Source: a virus. From it: a DNA stretch of 64,000 nt. The notes beneath the pieces were generated by a model. It worked only from the letters and a program-made list of their open reading frames with translations. It made no database searches and was not told the DNA's origin. The stretch lies in IMG/VR virus record IMGVR_UViG_3300042897_000994, positions 64,001 through 128,000 of that record, one strand, 5' to 3'. The translations under genes and the position numbers were made by a program. Shown in pieces: positions 26,260 to 36,160 of the stretch (positions within the stretch are counted from its first letter, which is position 1; every line of letters starts with the position of its first letter).

Positions 26260-29109
26260 TTGGCTCTCGATAAAGGATACGAAAAAAAGGCTCTTGAACA
26301 ACAAGCTGCAATACTTGGTGTGATGGAGAAAATAGAAGTCCTTTCAAAGGACACAAATCAAAGTGTAAAACGCATTGAACAGATAGCGATTGGGAGCGTA
26401 GAAGTTGATAGAAAACAACTTGAAGTTGCCAAAGACTCAAACAAAGTTTTACGCGAGATTAAAGCTATTCTTCAGTCATCTTCTAAAGATAAAAAATCAG
26501 ATTCTGGCGTAACTGAAGGGAAGTCAGCCAAAGAAAAAATAGTTGCAGCAGCTTCAAATTTTGGCGAAACTGCAAAGAGTTTAGCATTAATTGCAGGAGC
26601 TTTAATAATCTTCGCGGGTGCTATCGCAGCAATTAATGCAATAGTAACTCCTTTAGATGTTCTGAAATTTTTACCTTTTATCGCAGTAGTAGGCATTACA
26701 TCTTTTGCTTTTGCTGAAATATCAAAAGGCTTCGCAGAAGATGGAGTTACCAAAAAGGACATTCTAAATACGGGACTTTTAATGGTAGTAGTGGCTGGAG
26801 CCATTGTTGCAGTAGGTGCAATTTTTGCAGCCGCTGCTTTCTTAGGCGGTCTTTCTCCGCAAAATGCACCAAACCCCATGTGGGTATTAGCTTCTGGATT
26901 CGCAATACTTGCGTTTAGTTTTTCACTTTCCCTTTTACTAAAGTCATTGCAAGGAAATCCACTAGACACTAAAACTGCTCTAAATGCAGGTTTGCTCATG
27001 GTAATTATAGCAGGAGTTGTTGTAGCAACTGCATATATTTTTATGGCATTACCACAAGTCGGACCTGAACAAGCTCCTAATTTACTATGGGCAGCAGGAT
27101 CTGGTCTAGCCGTACTTGCCTTTAGTTTTGGTATGTATGCCCTGTTAAAGGCTTTAAAAGATCAAGGATTAGCTTTAAAAGATATAGTAATAGCAGGAAT
27201 AGCGATGATAGTAATTGCAGCTTCTATTGTAGCTACTGCATATATTTTTAAGGCATTACCACAAGTAGGACCGGAAAATGCTCCTGATTTACTCTTTGCA
27301 GCTAAAGCAGGACTTTCTCTAGCACTCTTTACTTTTGGTTTTATTATGATATCTAAATACACCAAAGATCTTTCTTTAAAAACTGTGGCTTTGGTAGCTC
27401 TGTCGATGATAGCAATAGCCGGAATAATTTTAGCAACTGCTTTCTTGTTTCAGTATCTTCCAGATGCAATGAAATATCCTAGTATAGAATTTTCTCTAGG
27501 CGCTGGATTAGCTGTAGCTATTTTTGGAATAGGTTTTGCTCTCCTTTCTAAAGTAACCGCAACTATGCAATATGGAGATATTATCAAAACTGTATTGGCG
27601 GCTGTAGCTATAGCAGGAGTTATTCTAGCAGTTTCTTGGATATTTAGTTATCTTCCAGACGAACTTAGAGCTCCTAGTATAGAATTCACATTAGGTGCAG
27701 CGGTAGGCTTAGGAATTATGGGAGTATTGTTGGCAGGCTTAGGATTATTGATGACGACATTAACGCCTGCAGTATTCGGGTTTGGTATACTTGCAGTTCT
27801 TCTTTCTGCTTTAGCTATTGTAGGAGTAGCTTGGATTTTTACACTGCTCCCATCTAGTTTATTTGAACCTGGCGGATTGATTTATAAAGCAACTGATGCA
27901 ATTTATTATTTTGGTTCTAAAATGATTGATTTATTTAGTAAATTAGCTGGAGCTATCATTAATGGAATGGTATCATTCTTTACTGCTATTACTAATTTTG
28001 TAGTTAAACTTGCAGAAGTCGGTCCGGTCAATTTAATAGCACTTGGGGGAGGCCTCGTTTCTTTGGCTGCTGGTATTGCAGCAGTTTCAGCTGCAATCGC
28101 GGGTGGTGGATTAGCTAGTGGAGTTGCATCAGCAGGAACTGCCGTGGCTGGATTTGTATCTAGCGGAATCGGTAAAGTTAGCGATTTTTTATTCGGTGGA
28201 GGAGGAATGAAAGAAGAAGGATCTAAAGCAGTAAGTCCGTATAATGCTATTTTGACTCTAGCTGCACAAGGAAAAAATGTCGACTTCGCAGCTAAAGCGG
28301 TATCTGCTCTCGCAAATGCAGTTAAAGCATTTTCAGGCCCTCTTACTTCTATAAATTCTTCTCTGGGTAGCGCAACTACACAGATGATAGCTTTCATTCA
28401 ATCTGTAAATTCAAATGCTGCTACAAACTTTTTACCTCCATCTAAGTTAATAGAAGCATTGACAGATTCTACTGAGTATCTACACGATGCAATGGAAGAA
28501 TTAGGAGATCAAACTTCTTATGCCAAAAATGAGTTCGATCAGTTTAAGAATATTGCAAGTCAGTATGCAAGTGTTTTTGTAGGAAATGCAAAATCACCCG
28601 GATTCATTAGTGGTCTAATAGGGGGCAGCGGAAGACCCGTTACCGTAATCGACGAGATTGTTTTAGGTATGAAAGGTATGAATGACTTCATATCTAAAAT
28701 TGTATCTCAGCAAAGTCCTCTCCAAAAAATTGCAAGAACTTTTGAAGATATCGCAGAATCAATGGAAGACTATATTGATGCTGTTAACGGCGTTAATGTA
28801 GCTAAAATGACTGCACTTAATGATCAGTTGAAGATCATGCAGAAATTCAATCAACCTGGAATTTCTCAAAGTTTTGAAGCAGTTAAAGGATTAGTTGATA
28901 AGCTTATCGATCTTGAAAAGGAAAAGAGTAGCTCTCTTATTAATATTGAAACCGGCGGTGGTTCATCTAAAGCTACTGAAATTTCAGAAGCAAGCATGAT
29001 TATGTTAGCAAATAGAATAGCACAGTCTATGGGACAGATGAAAGTAATTATAACTGATCCAAATACGGGTAGATCATTAGGGGTAGTAGGTAGGTTAAGC
29101 AGCGAATAA
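26260..29109 (+). CDS. Tape-measure-like protein with repeated hydrophobic helices
   Basis: 949 aa, Ala/Gly/Leu/Ile-rich, about 69-aa internal repeats; follows the chaperone pair; late motif at 26234; TTG start. Confidence 0.75.
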   Translation: MALDKGYEKKALEQQAAILGVMEKIEVLSKDTNQSVKRIEQIAIGSVEVDRKQLEVAKDSNKVLREIKAILQSSSKDKKSDSGVTEGKSAKEKIVAAASNFGETAKSLALIAGALIIFAGAIAAINAIVTPLDVLKFLPFIAVVGITSFAFAEISKGFAEDGVTKKDILNTGLLMVVVAGAIVAVGAIFAAAAFLGGLSPQNAPNPMWVLASGFAILAFSFSLSLLLKSLQGNPLDTKTALNAGLLMVIIAGVVVATAYIFMALPQVGPEQAPNLLWAAGSGLAVLAFSFGMYALLKALKDQGLALKDIVIAGIAMIVIAASIVATAYIFKALPQVGPENAPDLLFAAKAGLSLALFTFGFIMISKYTKDLSLKTVALVALSMIAIAGIILATAFLFQYLPDAMKYPSIEFSLGAGLAVAIFGIGFALLSKVTATMQYGDIIKTVLAAVAIAGVILAVSWIFSYLPDELRAPSIEFTLGAAVGLGIMGVLLAGLGLLMTTLTPAVFGFGILAVLLSALAIVGVAWIFTLLPSSLFEPGGLIYKATDAIYYFGSKMIDLFSKLAGAIINGMVSFFTAITNFVVKLAEVGPVNLIALGGGLVSLAAGIAAVSAAIAGGGLASGVASAGTAVAGFVSSGIGKVSDFLFGGGGMKEEGSKAVSPYNAILTLAAQGKNVDFAAKAVSALANAVKAFSGPLTSINSSLGSATTQMIAFIQSVNSNAATNFLPPSKLIEALTDSTEYLHDAMEELGDQTSYAKNEFDQFKNIASQYASVFVGNAKSPGFISGLIGGSGRPVTVIDEIVLGMKGMNDFISKIVSQQSPLQKIARTFEDIAESMEDYIDAVNGVNVAKMTALNDQLKIMQKFNQPGISQSFEAVKGLVDKLIDLEKEKSSSLINIETGGGSSKATEISEASMIMLANRIAQSMGQMKVIITDPNTGRSLGVVGRLSSE

Positions 29110-29241
29110 TCTGTTTAACTCTAATGATAGATCTTAATCTATTATAATACCATATTAAAGATTTATTTGCGTTAAGCAGTCATCATCTATTTAATTTTTT
29201 GGATAATTTTTTCTTCTCATTTTTCTTGTTTATATTGTAAT

Positions 29242-30012
29242 ATGAACTTAGAAAGACCCATCGTATTTTTCGATGTAGAGACTACAGGTCTAGACATTGC
29301 CAAAGACAGAATCATTGAACTGTGTATGATTAAGCTTATGCCAGACGGTGAAAGGAAAATGTGGAAATCTAGATTTAATCCAGAAGGAAGAAAATCTTCA
29401 GAAGGTGCTCTAGGAAAACATGGGATTGAAGATGAAATTCTATTAGATGAAGATACATTTTCATATTTGGGAGTAGAAGTATTCAGTTTTATTTCAGGCT
29501 GTGATATTGGAGGTTATAATGTAACCAAATTTGATCTACCTATTTTAGTCGAAGAACTCTTAAGAGCTGGAATTACTTATAACTACAGAGAAGTTAAAAT
29601 AGTTGATGCATTTTCGATTTATTCTAAAATGGAACCTCGAACTCTCGAAGCAACTTATACCAAATTTACTGGAAAGATTTTGGAGAATGCTCACAGTGCT
29701 CAAAGTGATATTGAAGCAACTATAGAAATTTTCGAAAAGCAGAAAGAAGTTTATTCTTTAGATTCGATAGAAATGATAGATAATCTTTCAATTGAAAGAG
29801 AAACACTTGCAGATTTAGGTGGAAAATTCAAACTCAAAGAAGGAAAAATAATCTATAACTTTGGAAAATATTTCGGAAAAGAAGTTAAAGAAGTTTTTGA
29901 ATATGATTCAGGTTATCTAGAATGGATGAGTAGATCAGATAATTTTCCGCAAGAAACTCGAATCATCGCCGGAAAATTATTTAAAAAAATGCAAGCAGAG
30001 GCAAAAGCCTAA
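29242..30012 (+). CDS. dnaQ: DEDDh 3'-5' exonuclease (DnaQ / Pol III epsilon-like)
   Basis: 'FFDVETTG', 'GYNVTKFD', 'AHSAQSD', C-terminal 'FGKY.G...YLEW'. Confidence 0.9.
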   Translation: MNLERPIVFFDVETTGLDIAKDRIIELCMIKLMPDGERKMWKSRFNPEGRKSSEGALGKHGIEDEILLDEDTFSYLGVEVFSFISGCDIGGYNVTKFDLPILVEELLRAGITYNYREVKIVDAFSIYSKMEPRTLEATYTKFTGKILENAHSAQSDIEATIEIFEKQKEVYSLDSIEMIDNLSIERETLADLGGKFKLKEGKIIYNFGKYFGKEVKEVFEYDSGYLEWMSRSDNFPQETRIIAGKLFKKMQAEAKA

Positions 30013-30037
30013 AACTTATTGTCTAACTTTCATATAA
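30012..30037 (+). promoter_or_regulatory. Putative middle promoter AAAC-N17-TATAA
   Basis: AAACTTATTGT...CATATAA before the topoisomerase operon. Confidence 0.6.
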
Positions 30038-30057
30038 AAGTAAATTAATAGTGTCTA

Positions 30058-31998
30058 ATGGCTAAGGCGGTAGAACAGAAATATAGAAAACTTACAGACA
30101 TAGAGCACGTCCTCTTAAGGCCAGGTATGTATATCGGCTCGGTAAAACAACACGAGGGTGAAATTTATCTTTTAAATGAAAGTAGAAACTTTGAAACACA
30201 AAAAGTCAGTTACAATCCAGCTTTTTTAAAGATTTTTGATGAAATTATCTCTAACTCAGTAGATGAACATAAAAGAAATCCAAAGCTAAATCAGATTGAA
30301 GTTAAAGTAGACAGAGAAGGCGGTACTATCTCAATTACAGATAACGGAGGAATTCCGGTTCAAAAGCATAAGGAATATGATGAGTGGATTCCAGAATTGA
30401 TTTTTTCAAATCTGAAAACAGGATCAAACTTTGACGATTCAGAAGATAGGACAGTTGCTGGTACTAATGGAGTAGGGGCAACTCTTACAAATATCTTTTC
30501 TAATCATTTCAGAGTTTCAACTTGTGATGGTAGTAAAGAATATGTGCAAGATTTCTACGATAACATGCATCGCAGAAACGAACCTAAAGTTTCTAATAAG
30601 AAAAGAGGCTACACTGAAATATTTTATTCTCCTGATTTTTCCAGATTTTCTGGAATGGATGGAATTGATGAAATTTCATACCAATTAATGAGAAAACGAG
30701 CTTGCGATATTGCAGCATGTAACAACAAGCTCAAAATAACTTTCGACGGAGAAGTATTTCAATTTAAGTCTTTTAAAGAATATTCAGAAATGTATGTTTC
30801 TGAAATCTTCTATGAAGAATCAGAGAACTGGAAAATCGGAGTAGGTCATTCCGGGCAGGGATTTCAATCAGTATCATTCGTAAATTCAGTAGAAACAAAA
30901 GACGGAGGTACTCATGTTGAATATATCTTCTGGCAAATCTGTAATTCTTTAAGAGAAAAAATCAAAAAGAAGTATAAAGTTGAAGTAAAGCCTTCGGAGA
31001 TTAAGAATCACATGTTCTTGTTCATCGATTCTACCGTAATTAATAGTTCATTTTCATCTCAGACAAAGGAAAAGCTGATTACTGAATATAAAGAATTCGG
31101 AACTGAACATGCTGTTACAGAAGCCCTTGTCAAAAAGGTATTTACTTCTGAGGTTGTTAAGTCTCTTTTAGATTGGATAGAACAAAAACAGCTAGCAGAA
31201 GAAAGAAAACAACTCAGAGCTCTAAACAAAAATCTCGATAAAGCAAAAATCATCAAATTGATTGATGCTAAATCTAAAGACAGAGAAAAATGCACTCTTT
31301 CGATATTTGAAGGCGACTCTGCAAGTTCTGCATTTAGACAATATAGAAATCCGCAGTATCAAGGTGCATTTCCGCTACGAGGTAAGTTCATTAATGTAAT
31401 GGAAGTACCTAACACAAAGGTGATTCAAAACCAAGAAGTAAAGAATCTACTTGCTTCTATTGGTTTGAAAATGGGGGAATCTCCAAAGGATTTAAGATAT
31501 GGAAAGATTTTAATCTACACCGATCAAGATCATGATGGAATGAGTATTGCAGGTCTTTTAATGAATTTCTTTGCCAAATATTGGCCTGAACTTTTTGAAG
31601 AAGAAAGAATATGCAAAGTAGAAACTCCTCTACTAGTTGCTAAAAACAAAAAAGAGACCTTTAGTTTTTATACACAAGAAGAATTTGATACTTGGAGTAA
31701 AAAGACAAATACCAACTCCTGGGATATTGAATATAAAAAGGGTTTAGCTTCTTTGGAAAATGATGAATATGAAGAGATCATCAGAAACCCGAGATATTTC
31801 GTGGTAGAAAAAGGAAAGAATTTTAAAGGTGTATTTTCTACTTGGTTTGGTGGTGATTCTCAACCTAGAAAATATAAAATATTAGGAACTTCTCCCGAAC
31901 CTATCGAGGAATTAGAACCAGAGCCAACTCCTTCTAAGCCAAAGGCAGAGAAGAAAGAACCTGAAAAGAAAGAAAAGAAAAGCATTAGTTTATTTTGA
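30058..31998 (+). CDS. gp39: Type IIA topoisomerase ATPase/TOPRIM subunit (gp39+gp60 fused)
   Basis: 'EHVLLRPGMYIGS', 'EIISNSVD', 'GTNGVG', 'EGDSA', 'PLRGK', 'DQDHDG', 'YKKGLAS'. Confidence 0.97.
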   Translation: MAKAVEQKYRKLTDIEHVLLRPGMYIGSVKQHEGEIYLLNESRNFETQKVSYNPAFLKIFDEIISNSVDEHKRNPKLNQIEVKVDREGGTISITDNGGIPVQKHKEYDEWIPELIFSNLKTGSNFDDSEDRTVAGTNGVGATLTNIFSNHFRVSTCDGSKEYVQDFYDNMHRRNEPKVSNKKRGYTEIFYSPDFSRFSGMDGIDEISYQLMRKRACDIAACNNKLKITFDGEVFQFKSFKEYSEMYVSEIFYEESENWKIGVGHSGQGFQSVSFVNSVETKDGGTHVEYIFWQICNSLREKIKKKYKVEVKPSEIKNHMFLFIDSTVINSSFSSQTKEKLITEYKEFGTEHAVTEALVKKVFTSEVVKSLLDWIEQKQLAEERKQLRALNKNLDKAKIIKLIDAKSKDREKCTLSIFEGDSASSAFRQYRNPQYQGAFPLRGKFINVMEVPNTKVIQNQEVKNLLASIGLKMGESPKDLRYGKILIYTDQDHDGMSIAGLLMNFFAKYWPELFEEERICKVETPLLVAKNKKETFSFYTQEEFDTWSKKTNTNSWDIEYKKGLASLENDEYEEIIRNPRYFVVEKGKNFKGVFSTWFGGDSQPRKYKILGTSPEPIEELEPEPTPSKPKAEKKEPEKKEKKSISLF

Positions 31999-33362
31999 TG
32001 AAAAGAACAGTAGAAGATTTTTTCGATAGAGAATATTTAGATTACGCTAAATACGTAGTTGAAAGTCGAGCTATTCCCTCCGTGATAGATGGTCTAAAGC
32101 CATCGCAGAGAAAGATTATTTATGCAGCTAACCGGATTTGGAAAACAGGAAATGAAAAGCCTATGAAGCTTTTTCAATTGGCTGGTAATGTAGCTGCAAC
32201 TACAATGTATCACCACGGGAATGCATCATTGGAATCTGCTCTGGTAAACTTGGCACAAACCTTTAAAAATAGTATGCCACTCTTACACGGGATCGGTCAA
32301 TTTGGTTCTTTAAGAAGTCCAGAAGCTGGAGCTCCTAGATATATTGGTGCTAAACTACATCCTAATTTCAGACTTTTATATAAAGATTTTGAACTTTTAG
32401 AAAAAAGATATGAAGATGGAGAAGAAATAGAACCCCGTTTTTTTCTGCCGATCGTTCCTACTGTTCTTCTAAACGGAAGTTCGGGAATTGCAGTTGGATT
32501 TTCTACTAATATTTTTAATCGAAATCCTCTTGATATTATTCAAGCATGTCTTAGCGTTCTAGAAGGAAAGAAGTTAAAAGACTTACCTCCCTGGCGTTCT
32601 AATTTTAGAGGAACTTATGAAAAAGCCGAAGAAGGAGAAAGCACCTGGTATATCAAAGGTTCTTTTGAAGTTAAAAATACTACCACTGTAGAAATTACAG
32701 AACTTATTCCTAGCTTTACCTATGAGAAATACGAGAATCATCTTAATAATCTCTTAGAAAAACATATCATATCTAGTTATGAAGATAATTGTTCTAACGA
32801 TATAAATTACACTCTAAAGTTTAGCAGAGCAACTCTTCAAGAACTTATTGACAAGGGAAAACTTGCAGAAGTTCTTAAAATGCAAGAAAGAGATACCGAA
32901 AATCTTACAGTGATAGACGAACAAGGAAAGCTAAAAATCTTCAATAATGCAAAAGAGATAGTTTCTTATTTTGTTAATCTTAGATTGGGTTACTATCAGA
33001 AAAGAAAAGACTATTTTATAGAACAAATAGAAAGAGAACTTATGATTCTTTCTAATAGAGCTCGCTTCATTAAGGGTATTTTAGAAGAAAAGATCAAAGT
33101 TAATAAAGTAAAGAGAGAAGATCTTATAGCTACTTTAGAAAAAATGAAATTTGATAAAGTAGATGGAAGTTTTCAATATTTGATTGGAATGCCAATCTAC
33201 TCTCTAACTTTAGAAAAGTACGAAGAGCTTCTAAAACAAGTTACAGACAAAGAATCTGAACTTGAATTAATGAAAAAGTCTGATATTACTGAAATGTATA
33301 AAAAGGACTTGAAAGAACTTGAAAAGAAAATCAAAGAAACTTCTAATAACAATAACAAATGA
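31995..33362 (+). CDS. gp52: Type IIA topoisomerase breakage/reunion subunit (gp52-like)
   Basis: 'RAIPSVIDGLKPSQRK', 'YHHG', 'GAPRY' (catalytic Tyr), 'NGSSGIAVG'. Confidence 0.97.
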   Translation: MMKRTVEDFFDREYLDYAKYVVESRAIPSVIDGLKPSQRKIIYAANRIWKTGNEKPMKLFQLAGNVAATTMYHHGNASLESALVNLAQTFKNSMPLLHGIGQFGSLRSPEAGAPRYIGAKLHPNFRLLYKDFELLEKRYEDGEEIEPRFFLPIVPTVLLNGSSGIAVGFSTNIFNRNPLDIIQACLSVLEGKKLKDLPPWRSNFRGTYEKAEEGESTWYIKGSFEVKNTTTVEITELIPSFTYEKYENHLNNLLEKHIISSYEDNCSNDINYTLKFSRATLQELIDKGKLAEVLKMQERDTENLTVIDEQGKLKIFNNAKEIVSYFVNLRLGYYQKRKDYFIEQIERELMILSNRARFIKGILEEKIKVNKVKREDLIATLEKMKFDKVDGSFQYLIGMPIYSLTLEKYEELLKQVTDKESELELMKKSDITEMYKKDLKELEKKIKETSNNNNK

Positions 33363-34432
33363 GCAAACTTGCTTTAACCTACGATGACATTCAGTTAGTA
33401 CCTGCACTATCTACAGTTGCATCTAGACAAAAAATAAAATTGCGTACTCTAGTGTCTAGAAGATACGGTATTTTGAATCCTTTCGTAGCTTCTCCGATGG
33501 ACACGGTTTGTGAAGAAGAAATGGCATTCAAGATGTTCTTAATGGGAGGTGTAGGATGCATTCATCGATTCATGTCGGTTGAAGATCAGATAAAAATAGT
33601 TCGTAGTTTGAACGGTAGAATCTATGGCGACGGTTTTGGAGGACCTTATGAGGATTGGGGAATTATGTTGGATGATTGGCACTCAGAAATTCCACACATC
33701 CCAATTATGGCTGCAATTGGAGTGATGGCTTCTGACGTAGAAAGAGCTAAGAAATTAGTAGAAGCAGGAGCAAATATTATTTTAATAGATGTTGCACACG
33801 GTCATCATCAAAATGTGATTGACATGATAAAAATATTAAAAGAAGCTCTACCTCAGCATGTAGACATTATTGCAGGTAATATTGCAACTGCTCAAGCTGC
33901 AATTGATTTAGAAGAAGCAGGAGCAGACGGTCTCAGAGTAGGTATAGGGGGAGGATCTCTCTGTACTACTCGAGTTAAGACCGGATTTGGTATTCCAAAC
34001 GTAACTTCAATTATGGAAATTGAAGCAGTTGCTAAAACTCCAATTATGGCAGATGGGGGAATCAGAAGCAGCGGAGATATTGCCAAAGCATTAGCAGTCG
34101 GTGCATCTTCGGTAATGTTAGGTTCGTTATTGTCTGGTACTGATGAAGCACCCGGGCAAATTATCGAAAAGCCTAATGGTTTATACAAGAGATATAGAGG
34201 AGCAGCTTCATTAGAAACAAAAACGGTTCACGGTCAAGCTCAACGAAACGTAGAAGGAGAATCTACGGTTGTTCCGTATAAGGGTGGTGTTAAATTTATT
34301 TTGAACGGACTTATTGATGGAGTTAAATCTGCACTTTCTTATGCAGGTTCAGAATCTTTAAAAACTTATAATCCAGAATTTGTACAAGTTACAAACGCTG
34401 GAGCAGCAGAAGCAAAACCACATTTACTATGA
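33359..34432 (+). CDS. IMPDH/GMP reductase family enzyme without CBS domains; probably GMP reductase
   Basis: 'SPMDTV', 'IDVAHG', 'GIGGGSLCTTR', 'ADGGI'; flap lacks the IMPDH Arg-Tyr dyad. Confidence 0.85.
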   Translation: MSKLALTYDDIQLVPALSTVASRQKIKLRTLVSRRYGILNPFVASPMDTVCEEEMAFKMFLMGGVGCIHRFMSVEDQIKIVRSLNGRIYGDGFGGPYEDWGIMLDDWHSEIPHIPIMAAIGVMASDVERAKKLVEAGANIILIDVAHGHHQNVIDMIKILKEALPQHVDIIAGNIATAQAAIDLEEAGADGLRVGIGGGSLCTTRVKTGFGIPNVTSIMEIEAVAKTPIMADGGIRSSGDIAKALAVGASSVMLGSLLSGTDEAPGQIIEKPNGLYKRYRGAASLETKTVHGQAQRNVEGESTVVPYKGGVKFILNGLIDGVKSALSYAGSESLKTYNPEFVQVTNAGAAEAKPHLL

Positions 34433-34692
34433 TAGAAGTAGAATCAAGCACAATTAAAAAGATAGGATATAGTTATCCAGATAGAAAGCTTATTGTAGAG
34501 TTTAAGTCTGGTGGAATTTATCACTATAAAGATGTACCCGAAGAAGTTTTTGAAGAGTTAAAAACTTCTGAATCTATGGGAAAGTTTTTAAATGAAAATA
34601 TAAAGAAAAAATATGAATTCGAAGCTGTATATTTACCTGGACGACGTGAGGACTCCGAAGGATCCGAACTGGAAAGTAGTCCGAAATTATGA
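34429..34692 (+). CDS. KTSC domain protein
   Basis: 'VESSTIKKIGY...LIVEFKSG.IY.Y.DVP......L....S.GKFLN..IK'. Confidence 0.9.
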   Translation: MIEVESSTIKKIGYSYPDRKLIVEFKSGGIYHYKDVPEEVFEELKTSESMGKFLNENIKKKYEFEAVYLPGRREDSEGSELESSPKL

Positions 34693-35071
34693 GGAATTTG
34701 TAGATCTAGTTTCTAAAACTGGACTAGAAAATATTGAAACAATATCCTTAGATCATGATCTAGGTCCTATAGCAATGTCAGAATATTTTAACAATGTTTC
34801 ACCTAATTACAAACTTGACTATAATAATCTTATAGAAGAAAAGACAGGATATGATTGTGCAAAATGGTTAGTTGATTATTATTATGAAAAATATGATAAA
34901 GAAGTTTCTAGAAATGAAAAAAGAAACTCCGGAATATTATTCCCTCGGATTTACACTCATTCTGCTAATCCGATTGGTTCTGCTAATATCATGGGATATG
35001 TAAATAATTTTTTAATGAATGAAGCTCAACCACAAGATTGTGTTAGAGTACAAATAGAACATACAGTATGA
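34613..35071 (+). CDS. Cyclic-phosphate-processing receiver-like domain protein
   Basis: 'YLDDVRTP', 'ISLDHDLG', 'TGYDCAKWL', 'HSANPIG'. Confidence 0.8.
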   Translation: MNSKLYIYLDDVRTPKDPNWKVVRNYEEFVDLVSKTGLENIETISLDHDLGPIAMSEYFNNVSPNYKLDYNNLIEEKTGYDCAKWLVDYYYEKYDKEVSRNEKRNSGILFPRIYTHSANPIGSANIMGYVNNFLMNEAQPQDCVRVQIEHTV

Positions 35072-35286
35072 ACCTAGTATTTGAAGCTACATTATCTGCA
35101 CTAGAAACTCAGAGAAAAGAAGCGTTAGCAGAGCTTTCTGTATATTTTCTCAGAACTAATGAGTACGATAAATCCGCGATAATAGATGCAGTTAAAAAAT
35201 TAAATGAAGCTGAAAGCTGTATCGAAACCTTGATGAAAAATTTCATAGAAGAAAATAATGAGCAACAGGATAATATTAGTGGGTAA
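35068..35286 (+). CDS. Small helical hypothetical protein
   Basis: ATGA-coupled 72-aa ORF. Confidence 0.6.
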   Translation: MNLVFEATLSALETQRKEALAELSVYFLRTNEYDKSAIIDAVKKLNEAESCIETLMKNFIEENNEQQDNISG

Positions 35287-35743
35287 GGCCGGGAGCGGTA
35301 AGGACCACATCAGAAAAAAATTCCAAAGGAGAGGCTTCGAGTATGCGATTTCATATACTACGAGGCCTCCTCGTGAAGGAGAAGTAGATGGTAAAGATTA
35401 CTATTTTCTAAGTGATGAAGAGTTCACAGAGATGCAGAAAAATGATCTATGGTATGAGTGGGTTGAATTCAATGGTTGGAGATATGGAACCACGAAAGAG
35501 CAATTCTATTCAGAAAAGCCAATGGTCTTTATTATGACTCCAGTAGGTCTTTCTCATGTAAAGGGTGAAGACAGAGAATCAAGCTTGGTAATTTATTTGG
35601 ATATTGATAGACTTACGAGAATCAGAAGACTAGATGCCCGAAATATGCCAGGAGATTCAGTTTGGAGAAGAGTACAAGCTGATAGCGAAGACTTTAAAAA
35701 CTTTAATAACTTTGATATTGTGATTAAAAACTCAGATTTTTAG
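35258..35743 (+). CDS. gmk: Guanylate kinase
   Basis: 'GKAGSGKD', 'SYTTRPPREGEVDGKDYYF', 'YGT'. Confidence 0.9.
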   Translation: MSNRIILVGKAGSGKDHIRKKFQRRGFEYAISYTTRPPREGEVDGKDYYFLSDEEFTEMQKNDLWYEWVEFNGWRYGTTKEQFYSEKPMVFIMTPVGLSHVKGEDRESSLVIYLDIDRLTRIRRLDARNMPGDSVWRRVQADSEDFKNFNNFDIVIKNSDF

Positions 35744-36129
35744 TGTTCACAATAGAAAATATCAAAGACAAAGATCTACTAAATAGAATAGTAGATGAAG
35801 AAACCGATCAAATATTCAAAAGACCGGGCAGAAGAGGCAGAAGCTATGATGAATTAAGAGCTTCAGTTTTGCAGGGTAAGGTTGCAGAACTTTACTTAGT
35901 CGAAACTGGAAAATATAAATTCTGCGATCTTAAATATCATGATCTCTATAATCAAAAGAAACAGATTATAGAAGTTAAAGCTTATTCTTCTACTGAAATT
36001 CTCCCACCCTTCGTAATCAAAGATATCAGAAAGATTCAATCTTTAGATTGGAACAAATCTGATTGGTATTACTACTTTGGAGTTTTCGAAGGAGTGTACA
36101 CTCTACATCAAAGAATAAAACTAAAGTAA
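35743..36129 (+). CDS. Hypothetical protein, possible PD-(D/E)xK nuclease
   Basis: 'GKVAE...HD...IEVK' pattern. Confidence 0.45.
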   Translation: MFTIENIKDKDLLNRIVDEETDQIFKRPGRRGRSYDELRASVLQGKVAELYLVETGKYKFCDLKYHDLYNQKKQIIEVKAYSSTEILPPFVIKDIRKIQSLDWNKSDWYYYFGVFEGVYTLHQRIKLK

Positions 36130-36155
36130 AAACAATTGTAAAAAAACTGATATAA
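36130..36155 (+). promoter_or_regulatory. Putative middle promoter AAAC-N17-TATAA heading the DNA modification operon
   Basis: AAACAATTGT...GATATAA; first 10 nt are identical to the copy at 12049. Confidence 0.6.
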
Positions 36156-36160
36156 CAAAT

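Noticed and set aside
26472-28397. Long antisense ORFs within the tape-measure gene, and similar ones in portal, terminase, sheath and RimK
   Set aside because: Fully nested opposite well-supported genes, with no motifs or promoter signals; expected from codon bias.
29110-29241. Intergenic region with weak inverted repeat ATAGAT-CTTA-ATCTAT as ncRNA or origin
   Set aside because: Short AT-only stem expected by chance; no iterons or recognisable RNA fold.
30058-31998. T4 gene 60-style ribosomal bypass, intron or intein in topoisomerase or terminase
   Set aside because: ORFs are continuous and of normal length, with no splicing or homing endonuclease motifs.
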